From Paramecium tetraurelia (taxonomy: Eukaryota), in contig CT868034.1 in the NCBI GenBank assembly GCA_000165425.1, positions 62,001 through 126,000 on the forward strand: a stretch of DNA of 64,000 bases. Reading direction: 5' to 3'. Numbering within the stretch: position 1 is the stretch's first letter; each line of letters begins with the position of its first letter. Under the pieces are notes generated by a model. It was not told where the DNA came from and made no database searches. It saw nothing but the letters and a program-made list of their open reading frames with translations. Shown here in pieces: positions 12,836 to 25,642 of the stretch. The translations under genes and the position numbers were made by a program.

Positions 12836-13666
12836 ATGGAAATCCCAACTATAAATTAATTAGATTTAAGTATTGATTAATAGCATATAAATTAAAGTCA
12901 ACCTTAGAGTAATAAAAATTTAAGAGTCAAGCACAAGAATGTAAGTATAGGTTCTATTTTATTTAAATAATTCAATATTTGCAGTGTCACATTCCCATTG
13001 TCGATTGTGCTTCTGCTCTACTTTTGGATTTTGTTTATTTACTAATAAGTCAATGAAGAACTATTTAGTTGTGTGCTCTACAACTGCGGCGCCAAATTTC
13101 GGCCAGACATTCAACACAGGAGTTAATTTTATCGGATGTTGATCTCCATCCCTCAATTCGGGGGAATCAGCCACATCATCATAGGGTTCGTCACCATATA
13201 GATGTACGGATACATTTCAGAGTACAAGTACGGCAGATTGAAGTACAGCCTCGTCCTGTTCCTGGCCGGCTACTCAAGCAACCTGATGAGCTCACTCGTA
13301 TACCCCTACAGTCTAACCGTGGGGAGTTACGGGATTGTATTTGGAGTGCTGACACTCTACGGGTTTATAATCATTTAATAGAAATAATTGGGATAATACA
13401 AGAAATTGATTATAGGCATATACTTTTTGGTATTCTGCATCAATTTTGTTCCCATCATCTCAATCAATCAAATCGATATCGCGTGCATCTTTGGCGCCAT
13501 CCTCTCCACTCTATTGATGGGAATCTTCTTTCAAAAATTTGATTTCCAAAGGGGATAACTCATCTCTTATGCTGCATTGGCACTCTAACTAATTTACTTG
13601 ATCATTGGCACAACCTTGCTATTCACAATAGAAGTGGAGGACATATAAATGAGTAGGTTTTGTTGA
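12836..13666 (+). CDS. Rhomboid-family membrane protein, predicted inactive
   Basis: LYNCGAKFRPDIQHRSQFYRML, SEYKYGRLKY, AGYSSNLMS, VGSYGIVFG, IDIACIFGA align with the rhomboid core; not in the ORF track because of TAA/TAG codons. Confidence 0.75.
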
Positions 13667-13709
13667 TTCCAATTATATATATTTATATTATTATATTATA
13701 TACTAAACA

Positions 13710-14297
13710 ATGGATGCGATTGTCCAATATGACAAATCCGAATTTCATGAGACCTCATCAGGCATCAAAATATCCAAGAAATCCATAATCAAAGGCACTG
13801 AGCAAATCAATGTGAGTGGCAGATGCATCTTTTTTAATGATGTCATTTTGAGAGGTGATCTAGCCAAAGTGTCCATTGGCAAATATTTGGTTGTCCATGA
13901 GAAGGTCACTCTAAAGCCCTCCTACACATATGGCTACACCAAGGAATCACCTACCAAAAAGATCATTAAATTCCTCCCCTTGATGATAAGCGATTACGTA
14001 GAAATCGAGTCAAGTTCAATTATACAAGCGACCAAGATCGGTACTTGCACGTCAATCGGAAAAAACTGTTACATTGTAATTCTGAACTTATATTATGCAT
14101 AGTCACATAGATGTATAATCGGAGAAAACTCTATAATTCTTGATGATTCCATATTGCCACCTGATACGGTTGTACCAGCGAATAGTGTATATGGAGGGAG
14201 ACCAGCAGTCTACATAGCAGAAACGCCAGAATCAACTGCTATCATTTAGAAGCAAAAATTGATCAATTTTTATAAAAACTTTGTGCCTAAGAGTTGA
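13710..14297 (+). CDS. DCTN5: Dynactin subunit 5 (p25)
   Basis: ETSSGIKISKKSIIKGTEQI, ILRGDLAKVSIG, ILPPDTVVP..VYGGRPA; one intron near 14077-14102. Confidence 0.92.
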
Positions 14298-14328
14298 TAT
14301 TATTATTCTATTCTTATTTATAAACTGC

Positions 14329-15090
14329 TCAACAACAGGTCTTTTTCTTCTGACTCTTCTATTATTGAGCCTCATCCAATTCCAAAGTGATTATATGTTT
14401 TGTAGGAGACAGGTTTGCCTCTCCAATCACAATCCCTTATAGCTAGAGGTGAGGGTTAATTTTAATTTTACATGCTTTCCCAAGACGATGGCTGCACTGT
14501 CTATTCGCCTTATGATTTCGAGGGACAAATCTCGGAAGAGTTGTTAAACGCCAACTCCATTGAGAGCAGAAACTTCAGCATAGAGGAAACCATGGTCAAC
14601 TGCATATTGTCTCCCTTGGACGGATGACACTTATCGACTAAAATTAATTGAAGGGGACCTGCATACTCTTGTAAATCAATTTTATTGCAGACGAGTGCAA
14701 TTACAACATCTTTAATTATTGAAGCTTCTACTCTCATTGCCATTGTCATTCACTTCTTGCACCCACTTTTCGACTCCATTAAATGATTGCGTGCTAGAAC
14801 AATCGTAACAAAGGAGCACCCCTATAGCAGATCGGTAGTATGCACGAATGAGAGATCGAAATGTCTCCTGTCCCGCAGTATCCCATATAGAGAGACGTAT
14901 AATCGAGCCAGAGAGATTGATGTCCTTAACACCAAATTCAATTCCCACTGTTGCTTCATGCTCTTGTCTAGGCCTCTCATGTAAAAACTACTAAACAAGA
15001 CATGATTTCCCAACATCTTAATCAAAATACTATTGTTTTACATGAATCCCCAATTATGATAAATTTGAATAAGTACTTGTATGTGGACAT
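14329..15090 (-). CDS. Rab GTPase, Rab2-like
   Basis: YKYLFKFIIIGDSYVGKSCL, TVGIEFG, WDTAGQETFRSL, NKID, EVSA, C-terminal CC prenylation motif; several tiny introns. Confidence 0.93.
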
Positions 15091-15549
15091 TCACTTTTTC
15101 CTATGATTAATTTAATTATTCGCTAAAACAACCAAATTCTCATCCAAAAAAGATTCACTCTTAGCCCCATACTGTGGGTGTATAAACATTAGCATATCTG
15201 AATCAACCAACAAATGATCTCAACTTAAGTCAAATCTAAGTAGAATAGCTCAAAATATAAAATTCATAGATTTTTAAAAATGATACAGAGACTAATATTT
15301 AATGATGAGATGTCTTATATAATATTTAAGAATAGTGAGAATATCATTAATATACAATTTCTTATTAAGTTTAATTGTTTGATCTATAAAAATCTAGATA
15401 GTAATGATTTATAGATGTAAAAATATCCATAATGTTTCTATGATTCTTCTTTTGAGTAGTTTTTATACCTATTTTAAGATTGATTCATATTCCTTGTTTC
15501 AAACCAGATAATTTTACTATGTTATTAATAAGTAATTTAACAAAAAAGT

Positions 15550-16102
15550 ATGTACCCTAGAAGTGTCACTCGTTAAGCTATGTTGAGGCAAATAGACTCA
15601 CTCAATTAGTAAATTGAACAAGGGAGATAGAACCACGAAAATGCAATCAAATAAATTAGAGCTGATTAATTAAAAGAGGTAAGTATGTTCACGTTTCATA
15701 GATGGAAGCCATTTAAGATGAAATTAAAAAGTATAAAGAGATCATGTCAAATGGGCAGTTTCAGTCGTACTTCAAGATGAAGAACGATAACACTAAACTA
15801 TTCTCAGAGAATGCAATGCTAAGAGAAATGCTTAAAGCTGGGTAAATCGCAAATTCTACTAAGGAAATAGAAGTATCGCGACTCAAATAGAAATTGCGTA
15901 AAATTGAAGGTAAATCATTGGAAGTTAGAAAGGAATCGAGCAATTAAGTATGTTATCAAAATATATTATTAAGTCTAGACAAAAGGAATACTCAATTTTA
16001 AGAAAATGCTTAAATTAGAGACACTCCACTTAACCATCATTAGATGAATCTAATATAGAACCACTACCTAAACTACTGTCTATAAAATTCAAACTTAATT
16101 GA
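15550..16102 (+). CDS. Hypothetical coiled-coil protein
   Basis: MYPRSVTRQAMLRQIDSLNQQ... open in code 6 after removing two GTA..AG introns; TGA 16100-16102. Confidence 0.6.
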
Positions 16103-16789
16103 TGATAAATAATTCATCTCTATGAAATCACTCACCTTTTTTAATTCTGTTTAATCATATGTTTTGAACCATTGATGTCACTAATTTATGATAAAAGAAT
16201 ACATTTCATTATTTGACACTTTAATCATTGTCAAATGTTGATGTGTTACCATTTAGCGTTTGTCTGGTATACAAATGAAATCTTAGAGAAATAAAATAAA
16301 TTAATAATTTCTCATAAAATATAATCTCTATTTGTGTAGAATTAACAATATTTAATCTTAATGATAAACCAGAAGCCAAATTCAATTTAACAGTAGCATT
16401 TCCATTTTGTTACCTGTCAGTTGAAACTAATAATTACTTAGTATTCTTTATTAATTAGTCAATCGTACTTAGTGGTACTGACAATCTTGTTCACCCCTCT
16501 ATTTCTAAAATAAAAGAGTATTCTACCATCTAAATTCTTGCAATTTTTAATTTTAATACAATTGTTTAAAAAGGATCGAAATTTGATTGCACAGGATCCA
16601 AAAATAAATCTCTAAATTTAGCACATCATCTAAAAGAACACCCTAGATATAATTGCTTTGAATAAATCTTCTTATTAGCAATTTGAACAAGTCTTCATAT
16701 TTTAGACTTTGCATTAAATATGTTTTATACATTAATTGAGGACATATAGTATTTCATGTTTTCATTATTTACTTTTTAATAAATTAGGA

Positions 16790-18786
16790 ATGAGTTCAGA
16801 TGAGGATATTCCTAAAATAATAAAATCAACATCTTCAAGACATGAGTAGATGATCTAATCATTGATAGATAATGAAGGAGGTCGATAAAATTTATAAGTT
16901 TTGAATGATCGGAAGGTGCTTTTGATATATGCATCCGGAGCTGCTGCTGCAGAGGGAGAAGTGAATGAATCTCATATGAAAGTAGTCAAAGGAAGATTAG
17001 AACAGAGATTGAAAAACATTTCATTTCTTTGTGACCTCGAATACACTTAAGTATTTACTAAATAATATTATAAAGTACCATAGTCAAGATGGATGTCTTG
17101 CTACTCCAATATCTGAATTTGGGAGAAGAATAATCTACAAAGTAATGGAATTGGAATAAATAACCAACTCTAGACAAACAGTAAGTTTATATCATTATGT
17201 AGTCTTATGCTGATATCAGACATATAGCAGAAGTTATTAAGGAGAATTATGAGAAATATAGTGCTTTTGTTATTTTGAGTGGAATTGCAACAATCACTTA
17301 TCTTGGAACAAACCTCTCCTTCATGTTAGAAAACTTATAAAAAACTGTAGTGATCACTGGATCATTGCTACCATTGTCATTTATGAGAAATGACGCATTT
17401 CAAAATATCTTGGATTCATTAATTTTAGCTGGGCATTTCTTGATTCCTGAGGTCTTAATCGCCATGGATCACAAAGCCTATAGAGCCAATAGATGCAGAC
17501 AATTAAAATGTGATTCCTTGGATTGCATAGAGAGTCCAAACTTTCCTCATTTGGTAGAATTCGGAATCAATGTTGAAATCAAGTGGCAACTGGTCTTAAG
17601 AAGAGGAGAATAAATGTTCACAAGTGATGAAAGCACCTTGGAATTGGCACCTCCATTTGTGACTGATGTCATAATAATAAAGATCACTCCTTACACGAGT
17701 GTTGAGCACATTAGACATATTCTGAACACTCCAAAGTTGAGATGTTGCATCTTAGAATGCTATCACTTTGGAGAAATGCCTCATAGTTAGGAATTGTACA
17801 ATGTATTGTAGCATGCTCAATAACAATTGGGGATTATATTGATTCAGATATCTCAATGCATCAAGGGTTAGCCAATTGCGAACTTCAAGAAAGTGGTCAA
17901 TGGCATTCTAGTCTAATATGATATCACTCCGGAAAGTGCTTAGGCCAAAATAGCCTATTTATTGGGCAAGGGATACAGCAATCATGAAATCTATGAAAAG
18001 TTTCCATAGAATTTGTAGGGTGAGACTGAGTCAGTCAGGTAGTTTGAGAAATTTGAAGTGCAAAAGTAGCATTTCATCCAAACAATATTGGAGACTCTGC
18101 AAAAGACTTCTGGGGATGAATAGATTAGTCAGAATATGGACATTATGAATAAATATATAATACCTAATTTGGGATGCTTTCTTGCTACGACTGGGCAGTT
18201 GGAATTGATCAAGGATTTGAGGAGGAATGAAGGAAATCTCAATATTCCTGATTTTGATGGTAGAACCATACTTCATTTGGCAGCTGCAAACAAACAGATT
18301 GAAATCATAAAATATTTAGTCGAAGAGGTTCATATTGAAATCAATCCGATCGATTATTTAGGATATTCTCCCATGTACGAAGTGTTGATTAGTAGAGATA
18401 AAGACTTGTTACTTTACTTTTATTAGAATGGAGGCACAATCTCAGCACCTCATCATATATTAGTGGATTTAATCTTGTCATCTGGTTTGAGTGGAGACTT
18501 GTAGATGTTAGAACTTATATTCCATGGGGGAATCAAGAATCTGAATCATTTTGTTAATGTTGATAATAGAAATATAGCTCATATGGCAGTTATGTCTATG
18601 AATTCCAAAATCATCAAATTCTTGAGATTCAAAGCTAAATTCGACTTTAGCAACAGAGACAGATGGGGAAACACTCCATTGGAAAATGCACTTGAAATCA
18701 AAACCAGGAAAATCAAAATTATACAAGTGAATGAAGTCGCCCTTGATGAAATCATTGAAATGTTGGTTACTATAGGAAATGATTGA
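16790..18786 (+). CDS. L-asparaginase type I / 60-kDa lysophospholipase-like protein with C-terminal ankyrin repeats; catalytic motifs degenerate
   Basis: NLSFMLENLQKTVVITGS, ESPNFP, DITPESAQAKIAYLLG; ankyrins DFDGRTILHLAA, DRWGNTPL. Confidence 0.88.
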
Positions 18787-18827
18787 TGTATCCATATTAT
18801 ATATATATATATTATAAACAAATTTGA

Positions 18828-20755
18828 TCACCAATTAGGAGGAGGCATTCCCTTGTTTTTTTTGATTCTCAACTCAGGAGTGAATGTTGCAATATATCGA
18901 TTGTAAGTGATCTCGTCCAAAATGACTTCATACTCAATTTCTGTAGGATTTCCTTTCTTTACAGGAGTGATGTGAATTTCATTTTTGATTCCTGAGATAT
19001 TTCCATTGTCAAAGAGCCACTTCAATCTCTACTAATGTTCATCGATGTTGTATCTCAACTTATATGGTCTTTTATTCATAATCAGATTTGATTTGTCCTC
19101 CATGATCTACAACAATTACTTAACATTGGTATTGAATAGAGCACTGATAGGCACAATAGGATAAGTCTCCTGTTGAATCTATTTGAAATCAATAGGGGTT
19201 CTCATCAAATCGATCTTGTTCCAAACTTCAATCTATTATTAAATTAGTATCATACCATCTTTTTACTATAAAACTCTTCATTGAACCCTAATTGCTACAA
19301 CACCTCAAGTACAACCTACTTCTACTGTTCCGAACAAGGATGAGAGATGTCTCTTATATGCAACACAATATCAGCATCAGCCACTTCCTCTAGAGTGCAT
19401 TTAAATGACTCCACCAAATCATGTGGAAGATCTGTGATAAATCCTATGGTATCTAACATTATAGCCTTCTGTCCTGATGCCAATCGGATTTGTTTGGATG
19501 TAGTACTCAAAGTCTGGAATAACAAATCCTTACTCTCAACAACCTCCTTTTGTAAAATACAATTTAATAGTTATGATTTCCCAGCATTAGTGTACCCAAT
19601 CAATGCAATCCTTGGGACTGTGTGTATTAATTTCTTCTACTTTAATTTACCTCTTTATAGACCCTCCTCCTCTATTTGTCTACGCACTTTTGCTATTCTC
19701 TCATCTATTTATCTCCTTTAAATTTAGATTTCACTCTCTCCTGAACCACTCATCTTCCCCAAAGCTCTTCTCTATTTCGCAGACACAACCTCCAAATAGA
19801 CTTCCTTTGCCATCATCAAATCCCCCAAGAATATCGAAGACAAAGATGCAAATGCACTGCCACTTCTCACAAGTTTAGTCTTGGCAAATTTCAGAAATGA
19901 TAACTCTATCTATTATCTTGCTACGCCTTGTGTAGATCTCTTTGCGAAGATTTGCAGAATCATAGTGAATCGATCAAACACCTTTACATAAGCGTCCTCA
20001 TACTCAATGTCTGTCTCTGCATCAGTTGCCATATCGCTATCATCAGGATTTTCACTTCTTCTAAAAGTGGCGATCTCTCCTTTAGCATATTGAGTCCACA
20101 CCTTCTCCAAATTCCTAGTTTATAGAGGAGTTAACTCATGATTAATAAAGACTGCATTTATTTTCTTATCATAAATATGTTCCCCCAACATGGCCACTTT
20201 GCCTTTTGTGAAAAAAGTGGATGAATGGATCCTTTTTACTTTAACTAAGGAAGATTTAGCAATTGAATTCCGTATAATTTTATTCTTCCATTCGTGACCT
20301 AAGTCATCATCACTCTCCGAGGATAAATCAACTAACATTTGACCATCGTCATATGTTCCATTTAAAAATGGAAGGTATATATATTCTCCATTCCTTAAAT
20401 GCGCTTTGCTAGAAAGCTCCCATCCCTCTTCTTTCAACTCATCTTCATTATTCTCCACCTTTACCTAGAGGGGGTTCCTTCCCTGACTAATACGTATTTT
20501 CTATGAGTATTCCTCCTTCCAAAAAGGCCCCTTCTCAAGTGTCCAATTTAAAGATTTCGACAATCCCACTGCTTCCTCTGCCAAGTACAATTCCAATTCA
20601 GGACCTTTATTAGGGTAAAAGATCGGATGAATCACCAAGCAGTTGACTTGGGTGAACCCGAAAGGTGCCTTCACTCTCTAAACTTGCTGAGGCTCTGCTG
20701 CTTCTTTGGAAAATCGATACTTTAGCAAAGCATTGCTTAATCTCCTTATAAGCAT
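18828..20755 (-). CDS. HflX-family GTPase (GTPBP6-like), probably mitochondrial
   Basis: VFDRFTMILQIFAKRS, GYTNAGKS, LFQTLSTT, DTIGFITDLPHDLVESF, WNKID; presequence MLIRRLSNALLKYRFS. Confidence 0.92.
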
Positions 20756-20776
20756 AAATATATATTTATAATTTAC

Positions 20777-21493
20777 ATGATCAAATTATCATTGCCTATG
20801 GATACCAAGGACAATGAGTTCTTCGAAGAGGATGCCATTTCGAAATCAACCATCTAGGCACTTAACAATTCCTTCGATAAGGAACAATTAGATGAACAGA
20901 TTGAAAGACCATTTACACCTCTGGATGCACAAGTTGAGTCGATACCCAAAGAATAGTGTAAATTTTGCAAACGCCAATTCTTTCAGGGCAAATTGGCTCT
21001 GCATCTGCGTAGTTGCACTGCTGATCGCCCTTTTCTCAAAAAATCTAATAAGCAAAAAACATAATTACCTCTTACATAACCAACCATCCAGCCTTGTCCC
21101 CATTGTCATAAGAAATTGAGGAATCCTCAAATCCATGCTCTCAAATGTCCTGCTAGACCAAAAGCCTTAGACAAATATAGAGTCATCGCATCTATAAATG
21201 AGGAAGAAGAAGCAGAAGAAACCCTACTCCAAGAACTATCCTCCAGCCAGCCCACTTTTTTACCCAAAATCAAACAACGCCCTGAAAACCTGCTCTCTCG
21301 CTCTGTACCCATTGTTAAGTGTCCTTCTTGTCAGAAGACATTTGAACAGAAGGCAGCTGAAAAGCATATTCAACTATGCTTTCGTATGAGCAGTGGCAAC
21401 AAATTTCAGAGAAGTGTATTCTGTACTAATTGTGGAAGCAGATTCGCTAATAACCATAAGTACTGTGGTTCTTGTGGAAAAAAAAGACTATGA
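20777..21493 (+). CDS. C2HC zinc-finger protein with C-terminal double zinc ribbon (ZC2HC1-like)
   Basis: CKFCKRQF..HLRSC, CPSCQKTF..HIQLC, FCTNCG..YCGSCG; alternative start at 20798. Confidence 0.8.
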
Positions 21494-22401
21494 CAAAATT
21501 ATATAATTGCAATTTTATTCTCATCCATTTTTATAATTACAATTAAATATTATCAATACAAGTGTTGGATTATATTGTTAGATTGTCATACTTATTTTTT
21601 GTATAAGGAATTAATCACTATCATTAAATTACTTCACAATACTTTTTGGAAATTCTTCAAAGTGTCAGAACATTAATACAATAAAATGATTCATTAATAT
21701 GTTTATTCTGTTGATACCAAGGAGTAAAATAAATTATTTATTAATATATTAATCGAAAAAAGATAAAAACAATATTCTCAAACTATGATTTGATTTAAAT
21801 TTACAAAAACACTTAAGGACATGTAATTCAATCCATTTTCCATTAAAAATATTCCTGATTTTTTTTTGTTTAAGATTACTTGAACTTTATTCTAAAAGTT
21901 TATAATCTAGTTGAAATTGTTTAAAACAAATTAATACGATAAGGATTACCACTATAAGAAGCTTAAATCACATCTTACTATGAGGTGACATTCTGAATAT
22001 ACTTTATTGCCCTTTAATTAGGTCATTGGCTATTTAAAAATCTGCACAATTTGAAGAAATGAATCAGCTGAATATCATTTCACTAAAGGATATATATAAA
22101 TCCTTTTTCCAATGTTTTTGCAATTTATCTTATTATTACACAAAAACTATTGCTAATTTGGCCTTTTTTGGAGAATTATTACATGCCTATTAATTAGACT
22201 TATAATTTTTATATTAAATTGAGTTTTTAATAGTTTTACTGATTTCGTATGAATTAAACATAATGCTGGAAGAGTTCCTGCTCTGTGAGGATGACAATTC
22301 AAGGATATTGGAAGAATTATTTAATTTAATATAGTTATATGTACTTGTTAAAAAATATTATTTTGCTTTTCAAAGTATTTATAATTTAATTTTATAATTT
22401 A

Positions 22402-24069
22402 ATGTAAGGTCTGAAGTTAAAGTAGTAGATTGGATTGATCTTAAGAAAAGACTTTGATGCTATGCCTTTAATCAAATAATTGATGGACGAATCCTTGAAT
22501 TAGCCTCTGTTACTTTTAAATGACGAAGAATAAATGTGGACTTAAATCTAGAGGGCAATCGAAACTCTCAATCAGAAGAGCCTGAAAAAGTTAAAGTAAA
22601 TAGAAGAGAGAGCAGCCAAAATAGCAGGTCAAGTCGTAGAGGAGTAGGAGGAGGATGTTTAGACTGAAGAACAGGAATAATAGTCCGAGAAGGACGAGGA
22701 TGCGGGAGAGGAAGACGAGCAATAAGAGGGTGAGGAAGAGGAAGTGAATGAGGAGGAAGAAGAACATCAAGAGATGGAGTAGGAATTTGATGAGGAGGGT
22801 GGAAACTTTAGATTTGAGAAAAAGTAAAAATAAAAGGATGATTTTGATGAGTTTGAAAAATACATGCAAGATTATGATGATGGCAAGATGGGTAAAATAG
22901 ATTTGGATGATGAATAAGAGGAGGAAGAAGAGGAAGATGAAGAATTTGAAGAAAATGAAGAAAATGAAGAAGGAAATGAGGAACCAGAGAACGAGGGGTA
23001 ATATATATAAAATACAATGATAGTGAGGACTCTGTATTTGATGATATGAGAGAGGAGGAGTTAGAATAAGATAACAATGTGGTTGAAGCAGAAGAAGGAG
23101 AAGTGGGAGAAGAGGATGACGAAATCAAGAATTTAGAAGAACAGAGGTTGAAGAAAAAGGATTGGCAATTTGTGGGTGAAGTGCACGCCAGATAAAGACC
23201 ATTGAATTCGTTGATTGAATAGGATTTGGATTTCGATGTGAATAGAAAGGTTTTAGAGGAAACAACTCCAGAGCAGTAAAATAAGTTGATAGAAATGATA
23301 AAGTAAATTAGTATATCAATTCAATTATAGAAAGAGAGTACAAGATGAATTGTTTGATGATAGACAGAAAGTGTAGATCAATTTGCATTCTCTTGAGAAA
23401 CCAGTGGATTAGGTGGACACAAATAAGTCACAGTTTGGATTAGCTGAATTATACGAAAGACAATTTAAGCAGGCTTTGGGATTGCCAACAAACACGAGCG
23501 AGTAGAAATTGAAACAAGAGTTGTTCGAATAGTTTAGAGACTTATGTTACAAATTGGATTCGTTGACTAATTTGAACTTCGAGCCAAGAGGATATGTGAA
23601 GCAAGCAGAAGTGCAGGTGTTGGATAACAACGTGGTTTAGAGAGAGGAGAAGGTGCCAATAACAGCTAGGGGCGAATAGATGGAGGATGTGGAGAAGATT
23701 AAGAAGGCTGGGTTTTTGTCTAAGGAAGAGGCCGATCATCAATTGAATAAGAAGGGTAGGAGAATGGCCAAATAGAGAAAGCGAAATAGGGAGCGAGAAA
23801 GGAAGAGAAGTGGGTTAGTTAAGAAATTGGAGAGTAGAGGTGAGACTAAGTTCATGTACAATCAACATCAACAAGGGAAGAAGCAGATGAGTTTCATTAA
23901 GCAACAAAAAAATAAGGAGAGTGTTAAATTTGATAAGACGAGCACTTTCTTTAAGAATTTGTAGGAGAGTGGAGTAAATAAGTAAGGGGGAGACGCTAAG
24001 AATAGGAAGGGTGGAGATAGGCCAAGTGGGGACATTAAAAGTAAGTCTAAATAAATAAAAAAGCAATGA
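22402..24069 (+). CDS. MPP10: U3 snoRNP protein Mpp10
   Basis: DEEQMWTQI, long acidic tract, KDWQFVGEVHARQRPLNSLIEQDLDFD, GLAELYE, LCYKLDSLTN. Confidence 0.9.
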
Positions 24070-24117
24070 ATATTTTTGTTTATAATTTATAATTTATATA
24101 TTATATTTTATAAATAA

Positions 24118-25611
24118 ATGTTTTAGAATGACGGCAATGGCTAGTCGCCCAATTGGTGTTCATATGAGAGACAAGCAGTGAAGGTAATTCGCAGTAATGC
24201 AAATCAATGTCCTGCTATTAAAAATCATACATCCATACATTACAAGAAACAGATATTTATATTTGGTGGGTATGACTCCAAAAAGAATCACAACGACATA
24301 CACATCTATAAGGATGGGAATTGGACGAAGTGTAAAGCAAATGGTAGAATTCCTGAGAGTAGAAATGGACACACAGCCACTGTGGTAGAGAATAAGATGT
24401 ATGTGATTGGTGGATGGTTGGGAAGTGGAACTTATGCCAGTCGAGATGTGTATGTATTAGATCTGGATTGTTTGTTTTGGACACTTGTCAATACTATGGG
24501 AGAAGTATGATTTCAAAATACAATTTAAGGTTCCAGGCCCATGCAATATGCACAGTGCTGATTTAATTGGTTAGTTGATATATATCTTCAGAGGAGGAGA
24601 TGGGAAGGACTATCTGAATGATCTGCATAGTTTCAATACCAAAACTAATATGTGGAAACTAGTATAGACAGCTGAGAATCAGAGACCTCCACCAAGAGCC
24701 AATCACAGTTCAGCTGTCTGGCAAAACAAGTTGTTTATCTTTGGAGGTTGGGATGGTTCAAAAAGACTAAATGATTTGCATTGCTATGATGTGACAACGA
24801 ACAGATGGAGCGAATTAAAACCGATTCAATCTCCCAGTGCCAGAGCGGGAATGTGCATGACTACTATAGACAATAAGATATACTTATTTGGTGGCAGTGG
24901 CCCTTAAACTACCTGTTTTGGAGATTTGTAATGTTATGATCCAGTGAAGAATGCCTGGAGCATCATCGAACTTCAGGATGATGAATAATTTGATAAGGCC
25001 AGAGCTGGTCATAGTATGACTGCAATTGGTAATCTTATTTACATTTTCGGGGGGTCTTGTGGATCACATTACTTTAAAGACTTCTTCATTATTGATACTG
25101 ATCCTCCTCCTAATATTTCTGTGACTGATTTCAACAATATCTCTATTAACCAGTATTTTAGAGGTTTTTTCAATTAGTCTAAATACAGTGATATCATTTT
25201 TGTTGTAGAGGACAAACAATTATATGCACACAAAATTATTTTATCTCGATACGAAATGTTCAATAAGATGTTTGAGTGGGAGTACAAAAATCAATAATAG
25301 AAAGTCTATATCAATGATTGTTCCTTCATTATATTTGAATAGTTGTTATACTTCATTTACTCAGGAGACGTAAGAAATGGTTTTTATTTTAGTTATAATG
25401 TGATCAAAATTAATAATCGGTAGAATTCTACAGACAATTGTTGTAAATGGCTGATTATTACCTGATACCAGATTTGAAGTCATTGTGTGAGAAATCACTA
25501 TCCCTCTTAATTGACAACACAACTCTGGCTAAAATTAAGCTTTATGCCGAATAAATGAACGCCAATCAATTGTTAAAATTTTGTGAATGGTATGAAAACC
25601 ATAATAACTGA
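24118..25611 (+). CDS. Kelch-repeat protein with C-terminal BTB domain (LZTR1-like architecture)
   Basis: Repeated IFGG..D..H..W kelch units; KYSDIIFVVEDKQLYAHKIILSR BTB motif. Confidence 0.9.
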
Positions 25612-25642
25612 TTATATATATATATTTCTTTAATATTAATAT

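Noticed and set aside
13069..13542. 157-aa track ORF MCALQLRRQ...
   Set aside because: Shifted frame of the rhomboid-like gene; starts at TTG and has no recognisable motifs
22591..24066. Hydrophobic minus-strand ORFs
   Set aside because: Antisense shadows of the purine-rich, acidic Mpp10 coding strand
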